Below, one piece after another: positions 17,885 to 25,914 of a stretch of DNA of 32,000 nt; within the stretch, counting starts at the first letter, position 1; every line of letters starts with the position of its first letter. Position numbers and translations under genes: made by a program. Source of the DNA: Telmatocola sphagniphila (GTDB taxonomy: Bacteria; Planctomycetota; Planctomycetia; Gemmatales; Gemmataceae). Under the pieces are notes generated by a model, which saw only the letters and a program-made list of their open reading frames with translations, ran no database searches and was not told where the DNA came from. The DNA lies in the NCBI RefSeq assembly GCF_018398935.1, contig NZ_CP074694.1:1770001-1802000 (forward strand), given 5' to 3'.

Positions 17885-18597
17885 TCCCCCTTCCCCCCGT
17901 GCGGTCCTTGCGGGATTTTTACGCCTTCGAACAACATGTCAAAACCTGCCGGGCCCAGCGCGGGCTGGAGATGGTGAAGGAATGGTACGAAATACCCGTT
18001 TTTTACTTCTCGAATCCCGCGGCGATCATCGGTGACGGCGATACTGTCTATGCCCCCTGTGGTTCGCAAGCACTCGACTATGAGCTAGAGATCGCCTGCG
18101 TCATCGGTCAAAAAGGTCGAAACCTGGTCGCCGACGATTCCGCCCTAAGTTACATTCTCGGCTTTACAATAATGAATGACTGGTCCGCCCGCGACATTCA
18201 ACGAAAAGAAATGGCCGTGGGACTCGGGCCGAGCAAGGGTAAGGATTTTGCCACTTCCCTGGGCCCGGGTGTCGTACCCATGTCCGAATTGATGGATGTT
18301 TATAAGGACGGCCGATTACATCTGGAAATGACGGCCCGCGTTAATGGCAAAGAGTACTCTCGCGGCAACGCCGGAAGCATCCATTATACCTGGCCACAGC
18401 TTCTGGCACATGCGAGCCGGGATGCCGATCTGTTACCGGGCGATGTGATCGGCTCCGGAACTGTGGGTACTGGCTGCATCCTGGAATTAACCCCCGAGAA
18501 GGTTGGGGGATGGCTGAAAGCGGGCGATCGGGTGGAACTGATCGTAGAAAGATTAGGAACACTTCGGAATGAAGTGATCGCCAGACCGCCCTTGTAA
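17881..18597 (+). CDS. fumarylacetoacetate hydrolase (FAH) family protein, catalytic domain only
   Basis: SLRDFYAFEQHV, WYEIPVFYFSNP, LDYELEIACVIG, GFTIMNDWSARDIQ and GDVIGSGTVGTG match the FAH catalytic domain. The GTG start overlaps the upstream stop (GTGA) and lies 8 nt after GAGGAGG (17866-17872). Confidence 0.8.
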   Translation: MIPLPPVRSLRDFYAFEQHVKTCRAQRGLEMVKEWYEIPVFYFSNPAAIIGDGDTVYAPCGSQALDYELEIACVIGQKGRNLVADDSALSYILGFTIMNDWSARDIQRKEMAVGLGPSKGKDFATSLGPGVVPMSELMDVYKDGRLHLEMTARVNGKEYSRGNAGSIHYTWPQLLAHASRDADLLPGDVIGSGTVGTGCILELTPEKVGGWLKAGDRVELIVERLGTLRNEVIARPPL

Positions 18598-18606
18598 ATC
18601 GGGAGA

Positions 18607-19782
18607 ATGTCGATGCCTTACTACCGCCAATTTGGGTCGATCCCCCCCAAACACCATATCGAACATCCCCAGATACCCGGCTATCGTAACGAAGGAATCT
18701 TCTACGAAGAGGTCATCACCACCGAGGGTTTTAACCGGGCCTACAGTATTCTCTATCACCTGCGGCCCCCGACCCGGGTAAAACATCAGGAGCACCTCAA
18801 GAGCATTGCGATCGAATTGGTGAGTGATCCGATGCTCCGGCACATTCACTTGAAAACCAAGGAGATTGCACGCGCGGGTGATGTGATTTTTGGCCGAACC
18901 CCGATGTTCCATAATTCGGATGTGACGATCTCCCGTTGTCGGCCCGCGAAACAACAGGAACAGCTTTACAAAAATGCCTCGGCCGATGAGGTGCTATTCA
19001 TTCACAGTGGTTCGGGGGTTCTGCACTCGCTCTATGGAAAGCAAGCTTTTCATCCTTTCGACTATGTTGTGATCCCGCGCGGAACGATTTACAAAATCGT
19101 TTTCGACGACATTCAGAAGGCCGACCTGCTGATCGTCGACTCCCCGCCGCCGATTCGCCTCCCGCACCGCTACAAGAATGCCGATGGGCAGATTCGGCTG
19201 GGGGCTCCTTATAGTGAACGGGATTTTCACGGCCCCTCTCAACTCGATATCGTCGATCAGGAAGCCGATACGGAATTGATCCTGAAAAAAGGTGAGAACT
19301 ATTTCCGATACGTTCTGGCCAGCCATCCCTTCGACGTGGTGGGGTGGGATGGCCTGATCTACCCTTATACCTTTAATGCGGACGATTTCGAACCGATCAC
19401 CGGTACGATTCATCAGCCGCCGCCCATCCACCAGACCTTTGAAACGAGTGGCTTCGTCATCTGCACTTTTGCACCGCGTGTTCTGGATACTCATCCCAAA
19501 GCCGTAAAAGTCCCTTATGCCCATTCGAACGTCGATTCGGATGAAGTTCTCTATTACGTTCGGGGCAAATTCGGTTCTCGGCGTGGGGTGGAGGAATCTT
19601 CTTTTACCTTGCATCCGTTGGGAATTCCACACGGCCCGCATCCCGGCACCATCGTGGCCAGCCGAGCGCACACTCGGACGGATGAACTGGCCGTAATGAT
19701 TGACACATTTCGACCGCTGCATCTCACCCAAGTTGCGATAGAATACGACGATCCGAAATATCCTTTGAGTTGGCTGGAATAG
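18607..19782 (+). CDS. hmgA: homogentisate 1,2-dioxygenase (short bacterial cupin type)
   Basis: MPYYRQFGSIPPKHH..., PYAHSNVDSDEVLYYV and HPLGIPHGPHPG (His ligands), with a length of ~390 aa. ATG 18613 (MPYY) is an equally good start given GGGAGA at 18601-18606. Confidence 0.8.
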   Translation: MSMPYYRQFGSIPPKHHIEHPQIPGYRNEGIFYEEVITTEGFNRAYSILYHLRPPTRVKHQEHLKSIAIELVSDPMLRHIHLKTKEIARAGDVIFGRTPMFHNSDVTISRCRPAKQQEQLYKNASADEVLFIHSGSGVLHSLYGKQAFHPFDYVVIPRGTIYKIVFDDIQKADLLIVDSPPPIRLPHRYKNADGQIRLGAPYSERDFHGPSQLDIVDQEADTELILKKGENYFRYVLASHPFDVVGWDGLIYPYTFNADDFEPITGTIHQPPPIHQTFETSGFVICTFAPRVLDTHPKAVKVPYAHSNVDSDEVLYYVRGKFGSRRGVEESSFTLHPLGIPHGPHPGTIVASRAHTRTDELAVMIDTFRPLHLTQVAIEYDDPKYPLSWLE

Positions 19783-19794
19783 GTGGAAAGCGGC

Positions 19795-20400
19795 ATGAGG
19801 ATCGATCCCAAGACGACCAACCCCGTAGATGTGTATCAGGCTCTCGTCGGTCTAGTCACTCCCCGACCTATTGCCTGGGTAAGTACCGTCGACGCCCAGG
19901 GGCGTCCCAATCTGGCCCCGTTCAGCTTCTTCAACGTGTTCAGCGCCAATCCGCCGGTCGTGGTTTTCTCGCCGACCTTGCGACGCGACGGCACCAAAAA
20001 GGGAACGCTTTTAAATATCGAAGCAACCAGCGAATTCGTTATTCACATTCCCACGAACGATCTGGTCGAGCCGATGAATCTGACGGCCAAGGAATTGCCC
20101 GAGGGGGAAAGCGAATTCGATCTCGCGAAACTGACTCCGATTCCGTCGGAAAAGGTGAAGCCGCCGCGCATCCAGGAATCGCCGACAGCACTGGAATGCA
20201 AACTTCAGCAGATCATTCCCCTGGGGCATGGCCCCATTGCCGGAAATCTGGTGATTGGGGAAATTCTGCTCATCCATTTCGAAGATCGACTCCTGGGTGC
20301 AGACGGCAAAATCGACCCCCATAAAATGCAGTCGATTGGCCGCCTGGGCGGCGATTACTATGCCCGAACGACCGATCTATTTGCATTGAAGAGACCGTAA
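19795..20400 (+). CDS. flavin reductase-like (FMN-binding split-barrel) protein
   Basis: VYQALVGLVTPRPIAWVSTVDAQGRPNLAPFSFFNVFSANPPVVVFS is the classic flavin-reductase-domain N-terminus. The ORF is open from GTG 19783, immediately after the hmgA stop. Confidence 0.85.
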   Translation: MRIDPKTTNPVDVYQALVGLVTPRPIAWVSTVDAQGRPNLAPFSFFNVFSANPPVVVFSPTLRRDGTKKGTLLNIEATSEFVIHIPTNDLVEPMNLTAKELPEGESEFDLAKLTPIPSEKVKPPRIQESPTALECKLQQIIPLGHGPIAGNLVIGEILLIHFEDRLLGADGKIDPHKMQSIGRLGGDYYARTTDLFALKRP

Positions 20401-20404
20401 ATCC

Positions 20405-20887
20405 ATGATTCATCCACTGCAGCCTTCCCACAAATCGCATCTGGTGCCGCTGGTCGATAAGACCGGCGTTTTCAAACCGAACGAAGTCGAGACGCTGGAT
20501 AGCCTCCTGGAGGGCTACTTCGACGCCTATCACAAGGAGGATCAGCACCGCTCGTTCGTGCTCGAGGAAGAGGGCCACATTCGGGGCTTCGTTTATTTTG
20601 CCCCGGAAGATTCCACGATGACCGACCGCACCTGGACGCTCTATTGGATCGCGGTGGACGTTACCAAACAGCGTGGCGGCTACGGCAAGAAGCTGATGAA
20701 TTTCGTGGAGGATTACATTCGGAAGGAGAACGGCCGCCTCCTGCTGATCGAAACCTCCTCCACTCCCAAGTACGAACCGACTCGAAACTTCTACTTGAAA
20801 TATGGCTACGTCCAGGTGGCCTTGGTACCCGACTTCTATTCGGACGGGGATGGCAAGGTTATCTTCGCCAAACATCTGCAGCGCTAG
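20405..20887 (+). CDS. GNAT family N-acetyltransferase
   Basis: Acetyl-CoA binding motif VDVTKQRGGYGKKLMNFV and the C-terminal NFYLKYGY; 160 aa; starts 4 nt after the upstream stop. Confidence 0.85.
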   Translation: MIHPLQPSHKSHLVPLVDKTGVFKPNEVETLDSLLEGYFDAYHKEDQHRSFVLEEEGHIRGFVYFAPEDSTMTDRTWTLYWIAVDVTKQRGGYGKKLMNFVEDYIRKENGRLLLIETSSTPKYEPTRNFYLKYGYVQVALVPDFYSDGDGKVIFAKHLQR

Positions 20888-21245
20888 GAATTCGCCCAGG
20901 CTCGCCCAACGCCTCATTTTGCATAACCGGAAAAGCCGTCAATTTCGGAAAATCCTTCCTAATAAACAATGCTTAATCGATAATCGTTCCCATCGTTTCA
21001 TGCCCTACAATGCTCACGGTTCGACTGTTTGTCAGAAATCGATCATTCGCGACAGACGGCCCTCCAATTACACCGGCTGGATCATTTTCAACGAAACTCC
21101 GTTAAGGATCAATGCTGTCAAGGGCGACACTAAATTTGCGTGGTTGATTGAAGCGGTTCGCGCAGAGGTTGCGTGAATGAAAATTTCCATTGCTTCCATA
21201 ATTCGCGTTGCATCGCTGAAACCTGTGAGTCCGCCAGATTGACTG

Positions 21246-21290
21246 GTTTGACTAAAACTCGATTACCCACCGAGTTTGACTAAACCTCGA
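21246..21290 (+). repeat. 17-nt direct repeat pair in a long intergenic region
   Basis: GTTTGACTAAAACTCGA (21246-21262) and GTTTGACTAAACCTCGA (21274-21290) match at 16 of 17 positions with a 28-bp period. A third TTGACT lies at 21239-21244. Confidence 0.6.
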
Positions 21291-21428
21291 AGGCGGCTCA
21301 TCCGATTTAGTAGGTGTAGTAAGCGAAAAGCGGTTGCAAGGATGGTGCCGGACAATCCAATCCCCCCGGATGGAAGTTCGGTAACGCTTGTCGGTCTGCT
21401 CGCCCCGACGCAGTGGCTCAAGGATGAG

Positions 21429-21476
21429 CCTGGATGGGAAGACGGCCCCCGCCGATTTTCCCGGACACGATCCAGG
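21429..21476 (+). other. nested three-tier hairpin (possible structured leader or small RNA element)
   Basis: CCTGGAT (21429-35) pairs with ATCCAGG (21470-76). It encloses GGGAA (21436-40)/TTCCC (21458-62), which encloses CGGC (21443-46)/GCCG (21451-54) with a CCCC loop. There is no U-tail. The function is unknown. Confidence 0.3.
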
Positions 21477-21549
21477 GCTTAACTAGAAGGCCGGCGCGAA
21501 GGCAGGGGCGGATGGGGCGGAATGCAAACAAAATACGGAGAGGCCTGCC

Positions 21550-22128
21550 ATGAAAAAAGTGTTTACCACTGGCCAAGTCGCCAAAATCTGTAAGGTGGCG
21601 CCGCGGACGGTGTCCAAGTGGTTCGATTCGGGCCGTTTACGGGGCTATCGTATCCCCGGCAGTCAGGATCGTCGAATTCCCCGCGAACAGCTGATCCGTT
21701 TCCTGAAGGAACACGGAATGCCGTTGGGTGAACTCGAAGAAGAAGAGTGGCACAAGATCCTGGTGATCGGTGCCGAAAAGCTCTTCATCGATCGGATGAA
21801 GGAAATGCTTCCTGAATCCGAAGATTTCAAGTATGAAATCGCCCAGAGCGGTTTCGAAGCCGGCATTATGGCCGAAAGCTTCCATCCAGATACGATTGTG
21901 ATCGATCTGGCTCTGGGACGCAGCGAAGCGATTCAAATCGTGTCGAATCTTCGCCGCAATCCCGCTTACGAAACCACTTTGATCATCGGCCTGGCATCCG
22001 AAGACGAAGCGGCTCCCGAAAAGCTGATCGAATACGGCTTCACCGAAATCTTCAAAAAGCCTTTCGATGTCGCGCTGCTCGGCGAACGGGTCAAGACTCT
22101 CGCCGACGCCAAACGAGACGATATTTAA
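21550..22128 (+). CDS. excisionase/MerR-type HTH + receiver-domain regulator (degenerate acidic pocket)
   Basis: The N-terminal MKKVFTTGQVAKICKVAPRTVSKWFDSGRLRGYRIPGSQDRRIPREQLIRFL is an HTH_17-like domain. The receiver-like part has ILVIGAE in place of the DD(E) pair, Asp119 in IVIDLAL, Ser150 and Lys170-Pro. GGAGAGG lies upstream. Confidence 0.8.
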   Translation: MKKVFTTGQVAKICKVAPRTVSKWFDSGRLRGYRIPGSQDRRIPREQLIRFLKEHGMPLGELEEEEWHKILVIGAEKLFIDRMKEMLPESEDFKYEIAQSGFEAGIMAESFHPDTIVIDLALGRSEAIQIVSNLRRNPAYETTLIIGLASEDEAAPEKLIEYGFTEIFKKPFDVALLGERVKTLADAKRDDI

Positions 22129-22155
22129 TTTGCCCCCCAGCAGACTTTTATCCGA

Positions 22156-22197
22156 CCCCTGGTCGTGAAGGGATTCACGCCAGGGGTTTTTCTTTTT
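22156..22197 (+). terminator. rho-independent terminator
   Basis: CCCCTGG(t)CGTGA (22156-22168) pairs with TCACGCCAGGGG (22175-22186), giving 12 bp with one bulge and a 6-nt loop. The tail is TTTTTCTTTTT (22187-22197). Confidence 0.85.
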
Positions 22198-22275
22198 CCC
22201 CGGCTCACTCCCCCTTCTTCACTCAACCGCTTCGGGCGGAATAAGATATTCTCATCGAAATTCGAGAGAATCCTT

Positions 22276-23949
22276 ATGAATCGTCGCCATTTTCTGACAA
22301 CCAGCCTCGCCACGCTGGCCCTGCCCGCTTTTGCAGAATCTGCCGAACTCCAGGCCGATGTCGTAATCTGCGGAGGATCACTCGGAGGAGTCGCCGCCAC
22401 ACTGGCGGCCGCCCGCAATGGCCTAAGAGTCGTTCTGACGGAAGAGACCGATTGGATCGGCGGTCAACTGACCAACCAGGCCGTTCCTCCCGATGAACAC
22501 CCCTGGATCGAACAGTTCGGTTGCACCGCCAGCTACCGAAACTTTCGGAACCTGGTCCGCGACTATTACAAGAACCAGTACCCTGTGACGGCCGAGGCCC
22601 GCGCCCAACGGTATCTCAATCCCGGAAACGGCAGCGTTTCCAAGCTCTGCCACGAACCCAAAGTTGCTCTGGCGGTTTTGGAAGGAATGCTGGCACCTTT
22701 TGTGAGTAACCGGCAAGTACAGATTCTTCTGGAACATAGATTAGTGCGAGCGGATGTCCAGGGGGATCTGATTCGAAGCGTTTGCCTAAGAGACGTAAAA
22801 AATGGTAAAGAGAGAATCCTTTCTGCCCCCTATTTCATTGATGCAACGGAACTTGGCGATTTACTGCCGCTCAGCAAAACCGAATATCTGATCGGCTTCG
22901 AATCGCAGAAACAGACTCAAGAACCGCACGCTCCGGCCGAGGCGCAACCCTCCAATCAGCAGGCATTTACGTTTTGCTTCGCCATGGACTACCTGGAAGG
23001 CGAGGATCACACCATCGAGAAACCGGCGGACTATGCGTTCTGGAAAGATTACGTCCCTCAAATGAAGCCAGCGTGGCCCGATAAGTTGCTCAGCTGGAAT
23101 ATGAGCAATCCCACCACCTTGGGCCGCCGGGAAGTCAGCTTCGATCCGAGCGGCGCGGTCACAAAGGGTATGAATCTCTGGACCTACCGCAGAATAATCG
23201 ATCGAAAACAGTTTTCCACCGGCGCTTTTCGAGGCGATATCAGCCTCGTGAACTGGCCGCAGAACGATTACTGGCTCGGAAATCTCGTCGATCTTCCCGA
23301 AGCCGAGATTCAAAAGCACTTAAAGCGGGGCAAGGAGTTGTCGTTAGCGCTCCTTTACTGGCTGCAGACTGAAGCACCTCGCTCGGATGGCAAGCAGGGC
23401 TGGCCCGGATTGAGACTCCGGGAGGATCTGGTCGGAACCCAGGATGGCCTGGCCAAGTATCCCTATATCCGCGAGAGTCGCCGTATCCAAGCCCTGTTTA
23501 CCGTACTGGAACAGCATGTGGGAACGGAGGCCCGTATCAAATGGACCGGAAAAACGAAAGAGGAAGTCACGGCTGAGCCATTCCGGGATAGCGTCGGGAT
23601 CGGTTCGTATCGCATCGATCTGCATCCTTCTACCGGCGGGGATAACTACATCGATGTGAGTTCGCTTCCTTTTCAGATTCCGCTCGGGGCCTTGATCCCC
23701 CAGCGAGTCGAGAACCTGATCGCGTCCTGCAAAAACATCGGGACCACGCATATTACCAATGGCTGCTACCGCTTGCACCCGGTCGAGTGGAATATCGGCG
23801 AAGCCGCTGGGGTCCTCATTGCCAAAGCACTCGACGCGAAAGTCCGCCCGGCCCAGATTCGAAAGAATCCGAAGCTGCTGGCGGAACTGCAAACGCGCTT
23901 GCAGAATCAGGGGGTTGAACTGAACTGGCCCCGGCTGACCGCCCGCTAA
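22276..23949 (+). CDS. TAT-exported FAD-dependent oxidoreductase
   Basis: Start taken at ATG 22276. Twin-arginine signal MNRRHFLTTSLATLALPAFA, then the FAD dinucleotide fold DVVICGGSLGGVAATLAAARNGLRVVLTEETDWIGGQ. The tracked 5' extension from 22165 crosses the terminator. Confidence 0.8.
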   Translation: MNRRHFLTTSLATLALPAFAESAELQADVVICGGSLGGVAATLAAARNGLRVVLTEETDWIGGQLTNQAVPPDEHPWIEQFGCTASYRNFRNLVRDYYKNQYPVTAEARAQRYLNPGNGSVSKLCHEPKVALAVLEGMLAPFVSNRQVQILLEHRLVRADVQGDLIRSVCLRDVKNGKERILSAPYFIDATELGDLLPLSKTEYLIGFESQKQTQEPHAPAEAQPSNQQAFTFCFAMDYLEGEDHTIEKPADYAFWKDYVPQMKPAWPDKLLSWNMSNPTTLGRREVSFDPSGAVTKGMNLWTYRRIIDRKQFSTGAFRGDISLVNWPQNDYWLGNLVDLPEAEIQKHLKRGKELSLALLYWLQTEAPRSDGKQGWPGLRLREDLVGTQDGLAKYPYIRESRRIQALFTVLEQHVGTEARIKWTGKTKEEVTAEPFRDSVGIGSYRIDLHPSTGGDNYIDVSSLPFQIPLGALIPQRVENLIASCKNIGTTHITNGCYRLHPVEWNIGEAAGVLIAKALDAKVRPAQIRKNPKLLAELQTRLQNQGVELNWPRLTAR

Positions 23950-24062
23950 AAAGGAGGATGGACAACTCCGGACATTAATGAGCAATGAACCCGTCGATCT
24001 TCGGCACGCTCTTTCTATAATTGCAATTCGGATTGGAACTCGTAGGCGGAGTCGTTTTCATC

Positions 24063-25832
24063 ATGGCAGAGTGGCAACGTACGCACACCTGTGGCGAATT
24101 ACGCGATACACACATCGGGCAGACCGTCACCCTCAATGGCTGGGTGAACACCTTTCGCAGCTACAACAACCAGGTTTTCGTCGATCTCCGCGACCGCTAC
24201 GGCATCACTCAAATCGTCTTCGAATCGAGCGACACCGAGGTGATGAAAATCGCCAATAGTCTCGGCCGGGAATTCGTGATTTCCGCGACGGGTAAAGTTT
24301 CGGCTCGTCTTTCCGGGAAGGAAAACGCCAAGCTCGCCACCGGAAAGGTGGAATTGAAGGTCGAAAAGGTCCGGCTGCTCAATGGCTGTCCGACCCCTCC
24401 ATTTGAAATCACCGAGTTTGGTAGCGAACTGGCCAACGAAGATCTCCGCCTCCAGTATCGCTTCCTCGACTTGCGGCGCAAATCGATTCAGGACGTACTG
24501 CAACTGCGGCATCGCATCTGCAAGACCATCCGCGATTCGCTGGATGCCCAGGGCTTCCTTGAAGTGGAAACTCCATTACTCGGCAAGAGTACACCTGAGG
24601 GGGCACGCGATTACCTGGTTCCCAGCCGCGTCTATCACGGCGAATGGTACGCCCTGCCCCAGTCGCCGCAGTTGTATAAGCAACTGCTGATGGTGGCCGG
24701 ATACGATAAATACTTCCAGATCGCCCGCTGCCTCCGCGATGAGGACTTGCGTGCCGACCGACAGCCCGAGTTCACCCAGCTCGACGTCGAAATGAGCTTT
24801 GTCGAGATGGAAGACATTTTCCGCGTGATGGAGAACCTCACCCGGCAGATCTTTAAAGAATCTCTGGACCTGGAAATCCAAACACCTTTCCCGCGGTTGA
24901 GTTATGACGATGTCATGCTGCGGTATGGCAGCGACAAACCCGACCTGCGCTACGACATGCAAATTATCGATTGCTGCGACGTGGCCAATGAGACCGAATT
25001 CAAAGTCTTCAAGGACGCACTCGCCGCTGGCGGCAAGGTCCGGGCTTTGAACGCCAAAGGGGCAGCGGAAAAATACAGCCGTAAAGGCCTCGATGAACTG
25101 ACCGAAGTGGCCAAAACCTACAAGGCGAAGGGGCTCGCCTGGATCAAGGTCGAAGCGGGAAAATTCAATTCCCCCATCGAGAAATTCCTGCCCGCGGCTG
25201 CCCAAGCCAAACTACGGGAACTGCTCAAAGCCGAACCTGGGGATCTTCTCCTCTTCGTGGCCGACACGGAAGAAGTGGTTTGCAATGCTTTGGGAGCTTT
25301 GCGGACCACGCTGGCCTATCAATTGAAGCTATACGATCCGGCGAAGAAAGACTTCAAAATCGCCTGGGTCGTCGACTTCCCGAGCTTCATGTACGACGAG
25401 GAAGAAAAACGCTGGGTCGCCAACCACCATCCTTTCACGGCTCCCAAGGACGAGCACCTGGAATTCCTGGAGAGCGATCCGGGCAAGGTGAAAGCCAAGG
25501 CCTACGACCTCGTCATGAACGGCTACGAAGTGGGCGGCGGTTCGATCCGGATCTACAGCGGAGAAGTCCAATCGAAGGTCTTCGGAGTCCTTGGCATGAA
25601 GCCCGAAGACTACCAGTCCCGATTCGGCTTTTTGCTCGACGCCTTGAAATTCGGGGCGCCACCCCACGGCGGGATTGCCCTGGGTCTCGACCGCTGGTGC
25701 ATGATGCTCGCCGGAACGACGAACATCCGCGATGTGATCGCCTTCCCGAAAAACGCCAAGGGTCGGGATTTGATGACGGGCGCACCCGCCTCGGTGGAAA
25801 GCCGTCAATTGCGGGATTTAGGCTTAAAGTAA
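24063..25832 (+). CDS. aspS: aspartate--tRNA ligase
   Basis: RTHTCGELR...GQTVTLNGWV (OB fold) and class II motifs FLEVETPLL, QSPQLYKQLLMVAG, FQIARCLRDEDLRADRQPEFTQLD and GGGSIRI...PPHGGIALGLDR. The start is ATG 24063; the tracked ORF starts at TTG 24021. Confidence 0.95.
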   Translation: MAEWQRTHTCGELRDTHIGQTVTLNGWVNTFRSYNNQVFVDLRDRYGITQIVFESSDTEVMKIANSLGREFVISATGKVSARLSGKENAKLATGKVELKVEKVRLLNGCPTPPFEITEFGSELANEDLRLQYRFLDLRRKSIQDVLQLRHRICKTIRDSLDAQGFLEVETPLLGKSTPEGARDYLVPSRVYHGEWYALPQSPQLYKQLLMVAGYDKYFQIARCLRDEDLRADRQPEFTQLDVEMSFVEMEDIFRVMENLTRQIFKESLDLEIQTPFPRLSYDDVMLRYGSDKPDLRYDMQIIDCCDVANETEFKVFKDALAAGGKVRALNAKGAAEKYSRKGLDELTEVAKTYKAKGLAWIKVEAGKFNSPIEKFLPAAAQAKLRELLKAEPGDLLLFVADTEEVVCNALGALRTTLAYQLKLYDPAKKDFKIAWVVDFPSFMYDEEEKRWVANHHPFTAPKDEHLEFLESDPGKVKAKAYDLVMNGYEVGGGSIRIYSGEVQSKVFGVLGMKPEDYQSRFGFLLDALKFGAPPHGGIALGLDRWCMMLAGTTNIRDVIAFPKNAKGRDLMTGAPASVESRQLRDLGLK

Positions 25833-25844
25833 ATCCATTTGCCC

Positions 25845-25886
25845 CCCGGAAGTCGAAGCGGTTTCATATAACTTTTAACTTCCGGG
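25845..25886. repeat. 9-bp perfect inverted repeat between aspS and argH
   Basis: CCCGGAAGT (25845-25853) and ACTTCCGGG (25878-25886) are separated by 24 nt. No T-tail follows. Confidence 0.5.
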
Positions 25887-25914
25887 AATTTCCGATTGAA
25901 CCTTCGAGAACTCT

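Noticed and set aside
16100-17900. Target-site duplication or inverted repeats flanking the ATPase/TOPRIM cassette
   Set aside because: I compared the junctions CTGTAATGATTCGA and CTGAATCGTGATCC and found only scattered short matches. There is no convincing direct or inverted repeat, so no insertion mechanism can be claimed.
18994-19731. 245-aa ORF on the - strand
   Set aside because: It is antisense to the homogentisate dioxygenase gene. It is Arg/Gly-rich with no motifs, so it is a shadow ORF.
20270-20917. 215-aa ORF on the - strand
   Set aside because: It is antisense to the flavin reductase 3' end and the whole GNAT gene. Both sense genes have diagnostic motifs.
21018-21024. GGTTCGA T-loop-like heptamer suggesting a tRNA
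   Set aside because: The flanks do not form acceptor, D or anticodon stems, and no CC follows the motif. It is not a tRNA.
21000-21176. Possible 58-aa ORF (MPYNAHGSTV...) in the intergenic gap
   Set aside because: It has no purine-rich SD upstream, no recognisable motif, and is the tail of an ORF that starts off-frame inside the GNAT gene. It cannot be supported from sequence alone.
21276-21482. 68-aa ORF (TTG start) in the long intergenic gap
   Set aside because: It has a non-ATG start within a repeat copy and no SD. Its composition is highly basic and Pro-rich, and it spans the nested hairpin. It is kept only as part of the non-coding-region finding.
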